Virus record (IMG/VR): IMGVR_UViG_3300021387_000075
Strand: one strand, 5' to 3'
From: a virus
Taxonomy: Duplodnaviria; Caudoviricetes
Length of the DNA stretch: 64,000 nucleotides
Made by a program: the position numbers and the translations under genes. The number at the start of each line of letters is the position of its first letter. Position 1 is the first letter of the stretch. Shown here one piece after another: positions 55,620-64,000 of the stretch. Below the pieces are notes generated by a model. The model did no database searches, was not told the DNA's origin, and was given only the letters and a program-made list of their open reading frames with translations.

Positions 55620-56080
55620 TTGATCAAAGGTATTGCGCTTTACTATACTAAAGTGTTCAAAACATATGTTTTGATCACTTCATCATGCTAAAGTGCGTAA
55701 AACATACATTTCATTCACTTGAACACTTGAACAACTGTTCAACTGTCCTTTGACGCTTTAGTGTGTTAAAGTCGTTCATTTGAACAATTGTTCAACTGTT
55801 AATTGTGACAAAAGTCGGTCCGGATCGTAACAATTTTGTAACAATTTTTCGTCATACTTCTGTAACAATTTCGTGATACTTTTGTAACATTTAATTATTA
55901 CAAAATTATGACATAATTGTAATAGTTTCGTAACAATTTCGTGATATTTTTGTAACATTTAAATTATTACAAATGTGTTACATAATTGTAATACTTTCGT
56001 AACAATTGGGGGTACTTTCACACTTTAGCGTGCTAAAGAGAGGCCCCCGGTTTAGATGTTACAAAATTGTTACAAAATCG
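55620..56080. repeat. gene-free block of palindromes and phased GTAAC repeats
   Basis: CTTTAG-N4-CTAAAG-like x4, GAAC-N4-GTTC x2, ~68-bp tandem duplication at 55862-55998. Confidence 0.8.
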
Positions 56081-56468
56081 CGACACCCCCGGGTCAGATT
56101 TCGAATACCAAATTGTACATGCCGGGGTGGGGTGGTCGGTCAAGTTTTTGAAAATGATGTACGATCTGGTATGGCGCCCGACGCAAACCAGAATTGACAT
56201 GCCCGCGCGCCTTATTTTTCAACGGTTCTGGGCCGCACCAGCGCAGCCCAGCGCTCAGCAGCCCAGGTCCCAGCAGCCGGGGGCCTAGCTTTCGGGAAAT
56301 TCTAGCTCGAGATGTACAATCTGGTGGGCGCGTCCTCATTTTCCACCGTAGCCCGGATTTTTGAACCTAGCCTAAATTTTCAAACAAACTAAAATTTCCC
56401 AAACTCAAACATTTGACAAACCCTAACCCCATATGTTAAAATAATAGCAAAGGAGGTGTTGAAATACA

Positions 56469-57761
56469 ATGAAAAAACCATATTCATTGGATTACACCAT
56501 CGAACGAGACACTGACCGCCTTCACCTTGTCGAAGGCATTTTAGACACATTGGAACACGACCCATCCGAAACCGACTTAGAACAAATGGCCACCTATATA
56601 TTGTATGGGAAGGATGAAGACGGGAATTCCTCCTTGCGTCGCGGCGAAGTTTATGACAACGCGAAACGTTACAACAGTTTCAAAACTTCGGACGACTATG
56701 TGATTTCGTTGGATGAGATATTAGAAAATCCTGCAACAGACGAACAGGAATTTAGAAGTGCGTATAAGCGCGATATTTATAAGAAGCAGGTACCGACCAT
56801 TTAGCGCCCCAAGTATGATAAGAAGACAGGCGAATTACTTGACCCGGGCGATTCCGACATACCAGGAATGGTGGAACTATGGGAGCGTCTAGACCATTTC
56901 GACAAATGGATTCATATCCTATAGGGTAAATTGCCGCCCGACCCCAACTTCCTAATGTTTGAAGATGACTATCGTCTTTACCGTCTCAAACATAACTTAA
57001 TTGATATGAAGAGAACCCAATACTACTTAAAAGATGCCTATAAGCCGCAAATACATTTCCAAAAGTTAGACCACCCCAAGCCGCAATTCTACGACTGGGA
57101 TGGCGCATCCGCTTACTGGCTTCCGTATAACAAATGGTAGTATCGTGTCACTCATTCCTATACCTCCAAAGTCTCCTCTAATATAGAAGACTATGAGACC
57201 CGTGGGGAAGGGGATTAGTTAGAGGTAAAATGGGTCATTTGTAACCACTAGTTTGACTGGGAAAATTATAAGCATATCTATTTTTTACTCCTAAACTATC
57301 TCCCCATTAAGGAATAGTTGAAGGAGAAATTAGATACCTACGGCCGCACTCTTATCTGGGACCTCGAACGCTACATCCAAATGACCCCATTAACACCCGT
57401 GCGCCGCGCCATTGTCGATAAAGTACTAATACAAATGCCGCGCGACCAAATATGCGAAGAACTTATGTAGGAGTTTGGCTTCACATATAATGCCTACTAC
57501 CTAAGCACCCTAATCGCCAACGACATTCCAAAGGAAATTGCGCGCGAAGCCCTTCGCAATCGCCTATTATGCGAGACTCCGAAAGAAGAACTAAAAATGT
57601 GTAAGGAATGCGGCAGGTTGCTACCCAAGCATCCCCTATTCTATACAAAGAATTCGGGCCGCAAAGATGGTTTCCAATCTCGCTGCCGCGAATGTGAGCG
57701 CAAGCGCCGTATTCAGCGTGGGGAGGTGAGAGATATAGATGGAAGACAGAAAACCTCGTAA
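56469..57761 (+). CDS. conserved phage protein with C-terminal Zn finger (430 aa, TAG=Gln)
   Basis: Translated continuously through TAGs to TAA; CKEC..CREC. Confidence 0.75.
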
Positions 57762-58680
57762 ATGCCTGCGCTGTAAGCAAGAAAAGCCAATTGAGGCATT
57801 CGCGCATACTCCATCTCGTTTCTTCCCAGCGCATCGCTCCCTTATTTGTACTGCGTGCTTAGAGGCAACTACGCCGCAAGATAATTTGGGAGAAGTTGAT
57901 AGGGTCCTCCGTTGGCTAGACCTACCATTCGACCTTAATAAATGGACGCAACTTTATGCCCAACATTAGGATAGGACATTTACCGCCTACTTCAATATGC
58001 TATATGACGACCATTATTCAGCCCTAACCTGGTAGGAGGAAAATGCGCGATGGGAGCTCGCGCGAAAAGAGGGCACCATTGATGATGAGATTAAGGCTAT
58101 TTCTGAAGCCCGTATGAAGTCCCTCAAAAAAGTATGGGGCCCAACCTATAAGCCCGCGGAGCTCCTATGGCTTGATAATTTCTATAATGAAATTGTTGCC
58201 ACTCAGAACGTCTCAACTCCCATTCTTTAGGAAAAGGCGCGAGACTTTTGCGAACTTCAATGGCATATTAAGTAGGGCCTGCGCGAAAATATGGATGTTT
58301 CTAAGATGATGAAATAGGCCGACGACATTGTAAAAACCTATCACTTTGAAGCCTCCAATGCCAAAAGCGCAGCTGACTTTGAGTCCGTTGGAGAACTTAT
58401 GGTCTATTATGGAAAGAAGGGATGGCATCCCAATTGGCACACCGAGCCGCAAGATTCTATTGACTTTATGATGGAAAATATCCAAAACTATCTATAGCGC
58501 CTAGTTCGTAACGAAGGCAATTTCGCCGAATAGGTTGAAGACAAGCGCGCAAAGTATAATATGACTGAACGTCTGGAAGAAATTGAAAACGAGAAAGTCG
58601 AATTCGATGAAACCGCAGACGTGGAGTATGAAGGTGATAGCGACCTTGCCGCAGAGCTATAGGGGGGATTAGATGAGTGA
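57739..58680 (+). CDS. Zn-finger protein, putative terminase small subunit (313 aa)
   Basis: CLRC..CTAC; overlaps the large terminase start; translated through TAGs to TGA. Confidence 0.65.
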
Positions 58681-60454
58681 AGAAGTCCTCTTGCGCGATG
58701 GCATACCAATTGAGAAGGGAGTTACACTTACTCGTACTTTTCTTGATAACAACTAGGAACTTATTACTAAGTATTTAAATCTTTGGATACTGTATCCAGA
58801 CCTTTTTCTGGATGTAATACAAGATTAGACGGATGCTAAGCATTTTCATTTAATGCCCTTTTAGCGCATTGAATTGCGCGCGGCTATGCGCTACAGATAC
58901 ACTTTCTGGACTGCTACGCGCGCGACCTCCAAATCTTTTACAGCCTATCTGAGCGCATTAGTAAGAGCAGTATTATTGCCCGGCTCCACAATCATGATTG
59001 CCTCTGATGTTAAGGGGACAGTTATTAAAATCGCAGAAGCCAAGTTTGAAGAGATATTCAGGCACTGGCCTCTTCTGCGCAAGGAGCTTAAAACGCGCGC
59101 AGATGACGGAAAAACTGGCGTTAAATCCAGCTCTAACTACTATGAAATTTTCTTAAAGAATGGTTCTATGATTTCTGTCGTCTCCAAAGACACAAGTCGT
59201 GGATTGCGCGCAACCTCTGCAATCCTAGAAGAAGCCGCGCTAATTGAAGAAGTAGCATTTAACGAAGTCCTATGGCCGCAAATGAACATTGCGCGCAGAG
59301 AAGTAGATGGAACCTTAAATCCAGATGAACCTTCTGCTTCCCAGGTCTTCATCACTACTGCCGCAGAGCGCACTGTATTTATGTATTAGAAGCTAATTGA
59401 AATTACTGTCAATGCTGTCTTGCGCCCGAAGGAATACTTCTCATGGGGTCTTTCCTATGAAGTCCCGTTACATTATGGGCTATTAGATAAAGCAACCTTA
59501 ATGGATTAGCGTTATTCTAATACCGTAAGTGAAGAATCATTTGCGCGCGAATCTCTATCAATATGGAGTGGTAATAATGAGGATGCTTGGCTTGACTCAC
59601 GTCGTCTAAATAAACATCGGTCGTTATTAAAATGTGAACGTCAAGCTTACTACAGTGACAATTGTCCAAATGCTTGGTACCTTATTGGTGTTGACGTTGG
59701 TCGTTATAGCGCGAATACCGCTATCATGGTAATTAAAGTCCTACCAAATGACTAGCGTTATAGAAAAAATGTAGTATATACCGAAGTTATAAATGGCGCC
59801 AACTACATTACAGATTAGGCGCCCCGTATCAAAAAACTTATTTAGTTATATAATCCTCGTGAGGTTGTCATTGACGGTAACGGCCCAGGTATTGGTCTTA
59901 TGGACGCAATGGCGGTTCCATCCTTTGATTCAAAAACTGGTGAATAGTTCCCAGCCTATTATACTTTTAATAATGAGAATCATTTGCCGCCAGAATTAAA
60001 GGTAGAGCAAGATGAGCCTGCGCCCGCTTATAATGCTATTCTTTATGATATTAAAGCTGGTTCTTCTAATGAAGACGCCATTCATGCGGCGTTCTTAACC
60101 GCGGTGAATACAGGTTCCGTTTCATTCCTCGCGCACGAACGCATCGTAAAGGACAAGTTAATGAAAACTAAAAAAGGACAAAAAATGACACCTTACGATA
60201 GACGAGTTTTCTTATTACCCTATGAAATGACTTCTCGTCTAATGGATGAACTTAATAATTTGCGCCTAAAGCCTACAGGGGTGGAAAATAAATATAAGGT
60301 GGAAAGAATTTCACGATCTATCGAAAAAGACCGTTTTAGCGCATTAGAATATTCTCTTTATAGAATTAAATATTATGAAGATAAAGAAATTTTTAAAAAA
60401 CGGAAGAAAAAGATAAATCAATATGCTTTCTTCAGTCCTAAAAGTAGGGGGTGA
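58673..60454 (+). CDS. terminase large subunit (593 aa, TAG=Gln)
   Basis: PF[Q]R, TRATSKS Walker A, ILEEA Walker B, IGVDVGR, IDGNG.G, KDRFSA. Confidence 0.92.
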
Positions 60455-60459
60455 GGTTT

Positions 60460-61989
60460 ATGAAATCTTCGTTTAAACCATATATTCAATTTGCTCAAAA
60501 TAATCGTGTTTTTTCTGTACCTATAGATAGCTATCGAATCGGTCGCTACGGTTCAAATGCGCGATCTAATTCAGTTGGAGATCACGATTTCTCGCTAGAA
60601 GAAATTGAAGATATAATTCGTTCTGGAGATTTAGATTCGTTGCGGTAGTTATCTCGCTATTATTATCGCACGAACAGTGAATATCGAGAGAATATCGATT
60701 ACCTAGCCACCTTACCTTTTTATGATACTATTGTCACCCCCGTGTTTGAAGAAGGCAAAGGTTCAAAGGCTTAGATTATAAAAGCATTTTACAATGCATG
60801 TGATTTTGTTGATGGACTAGATGTACGCAATACATTTATTCGCATTACAAAATCTTGGTTAATCAATGGAATGTATAATGGTATATTGCGCGAATTAGGC
60901 GATAAAAAATCCATTTAGGATTTGCCACTTGAGTATTGCCGCACGAGATTCAAGGATTATAATAATTTAAACATTCTTGAATTTAACGTAACCTATTTTG
61001 AACGCCGTTTTTCTGATGAAACTGAAAGAGCACGTATGCTTGCAACTTTTCCAGAAGTTGTTAAAAAAGCGTGGAAAAATTGGAAAGATAAGAAAACGCA
61101 GGATCCATGGGTTATGATTTCATCCGCCGACGGCGGCATTAACTTTTGTTTCGCAGACGATTAGACACCATTACTCATTGCGGCGATACCTCAATTACGT
61201 AAGCTGAAAGATGCAGTTAGCCGTGAAGAAAAGCGGGACGAAAATGAACTATACAAATTACTAATTCAACGCATGCCAATAGATAGCAATGGCGAATTAG
61301 TATTTGAGTTAGAAGAAGTTGAAAATATCCACGCAGGAGTAGCGCAAATGCTGCAAGATTTAGACACAGTAGATGTACTGACCACCTTTGGTGAAACGAC
61401 ATTGGAGAGTCTCCAGGACTCCTCTGCCGCGTCTTAGTCTGCCGATCGTATTGATAAATATGCTAAAAATGCTTGGAATGCTCTAGGAAGAGGCTCTATT
61501 CTATTTAATGCAGAGAACAGTTCGACTCTAGCATATAGTATTAAAAAGGATGAAAGTCTTATGAAAAGTTATTTGAATATGTATAGTACGTGGATAAGAT
61601 TTCAGATCAATCAGCGCTTTTCACGCACTGGGCTATCATTCGACTTTGAAATCTTACCCACTACTATGTTCAATATCAAAGACTATCAGAGCATGTACTT
61701 CTAGGGTGCACAGTATGGTTATTCCAAAATGAGAGCTGGTGTAGCCAGCGGTATTAAGCAATTAGCTTAGCTAAGCTTAATGAACTTTGAAAACGACTTC
61801 CTACATATGGCTGATAAGATGATTCCATTGCAATCAGCTTATACTACTCCTGGCGGTGGCGAAGGTTCCGGCGGAGCAGGTGGGAAGTAGAAAACATCAG
61901 TAACAGTGGGCAACAAAGGTGGCCGCCCTGAGTTACCTGATGAAGAAAAATCTGAGAAAACTCAGGCCAATATTGCGGCCATGGGTTAA
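60460..61989 (+). CDS. portal protein (509 aa)
   Basis: Position after terminase, size, LPLEYCR, C-terminal GGRP. Confidence 0.8.
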
Positions 61990-62000
61990 GGAGATTCATT

Positions 62001-63272
62001 ATGGATAAACAAATACCTATTTATTTTGATAGTGTTGTTATCGCTTCTCCTACGACGCCAATATCTAGCACAAATCCGGAGCTGGGCCGTCTCAAGGTCG
62101 GGGTTTTCACCAAATATGGCAACCGTAATGGCTCTTACATTACGGATGAGATTGCAGAACAATTAATTGCCAGTGCAACCACGGGAAATACCCCAGTTGT
62201 TGGATTTTTTGACCCAGAATCCAAAACCTGGGCTGGGCATACTGGCCCACTACTAGCTAGCGCTTATGGCTACGTAGAATCATTTGAGGGGTGGCAGCCT
62301 TTCAAAGATACAGATGGAATTGAGCGTGAATACGCCGTTTTCTCTGTAATATTATTTAACAAATATTTTAATGAAGCTAATTTGGTTGTTGGTTCGCATC
62401 AATCTATGGAATTGGATAGAGCATCTATTGAAGGCGATTGGGCGAACATTGGAGATGCTGAATACTTCGTTTATACAAAGGCGTCTATAATGGGGCTATG
62501 CATTATAGGCAACCATGAACCTTGTTTTTCCGTATCTACTTTCTTTTCTAACGAAGATAAAAATTATGCTTCATAGTATGAAAAGTTCTCTTCACTTTTA
62601 TCCGGCTTGAAGGAATTAGTCGAAGAGACGGAAAATAATAAAGAGGGAGGAGAACAACCTATGGATGAAAATTTTGAAAATAACCTAGGCACTCCCGCAG
62701 AAGAGCCTGTAACTGAACCAGTTGCAACTGAACCAGAACCTGTTTCTGCTATTGAACCAGAATTACCATTAGTAGATGATCCTGCGTTAGCAGAGCCAGT
62801 AGCTGAAGAACCTGCGGCTGAGCCGATTGATTTTGAAGCTCTTCAAAACTCTATTACGGAATTAACTAATGCTAATGCTGAGCTAACTGCTAATTACGAG
62901 AATGCTCAGAATCGGATCGCAGAGCTAGAGCAAGCACTCGCTGCTGCTACTGCCGCGACTGAAACCGCAAACAATCGCATTACTGAATTAGAAGGATCTA
63001 TTGCTCAGTATGAAGCTAACCAGGCCGCGATTGAAGAAGAGAAGAAAAATCAACTAATTGAAAAATATGAAAAAGTTATTGACGAGGAAGAAATTGCTAA
63101 AATTCGTGAGGAGGTTTCTAACTTCTCCTATAGCGAGCTAGAAAGCAAACTTGCCATTAGCTTTGCGAATAAACAAATGGCTGGCAGTGAAAATCATATC
63201 GAAGCTATTCCACTACCAGAACCACCCGTAAATCAATTTGCACTTCTCATGGAGAAGTACCGCAAGAATTAA
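62001..63272 (+). CDS. prohead protease-scaffold fusion (423 aa)
   Basis: NRNGSYI, QSMEL, GLCIIG..EPCF, then acidic coiled coil; single TAG at 62574. Confidence 0.75.
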
Positions 63273-63285
63273 GGAGGAAAACGTT

Positions 63286-63891
63286 ATGGCGATGAAAAGA
63301 TTCCCAATCACCAACCCAGTTGGCGATATGGTAGAAAAGTATCGTGATCCTGACGAAAAGCTATATGCCAGCCTCGAACTAAATCAGGTAGCTTTCCCAA
63401 AGACTGGTATGGTAGTTTCTCAGGTACCACTAGGCGCCGCATTTACCAAAAATGCTCCTTGTGAGAATGGTATGTGGCTAGTCGGGGACAAGGCTGCTGG
63501 TGCTCTAAATGCTCCTGCTGCTGCTACAGATTCCCCAATTGGTATTGTTTATACCACAGAAAAAGAATATGATATGATGCATTATGGTCTACAAAGGTTT
63601 GGCCGCAAGGTTGCTGGCGATTATCCTCGTCTAGGTCTATTTGGTCTAGGTGATACAGTCACCACAAATTGCCTACAGTATGATGATACCGAGTTTGCTA
63701 CTTTTGCTAAACTAGAGGAAGCTCTAGCTGATATTGCTACCACGCCTCTATATGTAAAGGTAGCTGCTGGATCTCCAGTTCCTCAGATTACCAAGACCAA
63801 GCCCGCTTCTGGCACATATGCCAAAGTTGTAAAATACTACACTATACCTAACGGCGGAAAAGGCGTTAAGTATCAGATTGTAAGTCTATAA
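63286..63891 (+). CDS. head decoration/structural protein
   Basis: RBS AGGAGG; between scaffold and capsid genes as in SPbeta-like head modules; ENGM motif. Confidence 0.65.
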   Translation: MAMKRFPITNPVGDMVEKYRDPDEKLYASLELNQVAFPKTGMVVSQVPLGAAFTKNAPCENGMWLVGDKAAGALNAPAAATDSPIGIVYTTEKEYDMMHYGLQRFGRKVAGDYPRLGLFGLGDTVTTNCLQYDDTEFATFAKLEEALADIATTPLYVKVAAGSPVPQITKTKPASGTYAKVVKYYTIPNGGKGVKYQIVSL

Positions 63892-63909
63892 TAAGGAGGT
63901 GCGAACGTT

Positions 63910-64000
63910 ATGGATAATCTACACATTTTAATGAACGGCGTATTTGGACGTAAAGTTCCTGCTGAGTTCGCAGCCGCCGATTATGATTATGAAGCTGCTC
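63910..64000 (+). CDS. probable major capsid protein, N-terminus
   Basis: RBS AGGAGGT; gene order only. Confidence 0.5.
   Translation, partial: MDNLHILMNGVFGRKVPAEFAAADYDYEAA

Overview
A 64-kb segment of a large tailed bacteriophage, probably infecting a spore-forming Firmicute (Clostridia-like sigma-A promoters, strong AGGAGG RBSs). The ORF track is fragmented because the phage reads TAG as Gln (translation table 15). TAG sits at invariant Gln positions (SpoIID KA[Q]AVAART, LL-H holin AAE[Q], terminase PF[Q]R, helicase ALKD[Q]), and the fragments join in frame into full genes. Layout: 1-22 kb (minus strand) holds tail fibre/receptor-binding genes, a spore-protein-like module, a lysis cassette and a ~3120-aa giant protein with a CotH-kinase-like domain. 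22-36 kb holds a deaminase, a SpoIID-like gene, a Thg1-like gene, a second fibre module, an HTH/wHTH+iteron module, small genes and an SF2 helicase. 36.3-55.6 kb is an array of roughly 45-50 sigma-A promoter units with no in-frame TAG seen, punctuated by 28 GCCGGC sites and flanked by several families of operator-like motifs. It carries small paralogous proteins, a minimal kinase and about ten promoter-driven structured non-coding RNA candidates, plus a tandem pseudoknot and a covarying 5'-leader hairpin. 55.6-56.4 kb is a gene-free motif block. 56.5-64 kb (plus strand) is an SPbeta-like head module: terminase, portal, protease-scaffold, head protein and the start of the capsid gene. The cassette array and its RNA cargo are the best candidate for an undescribed system. 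All calls were made by eye; no searches were run.
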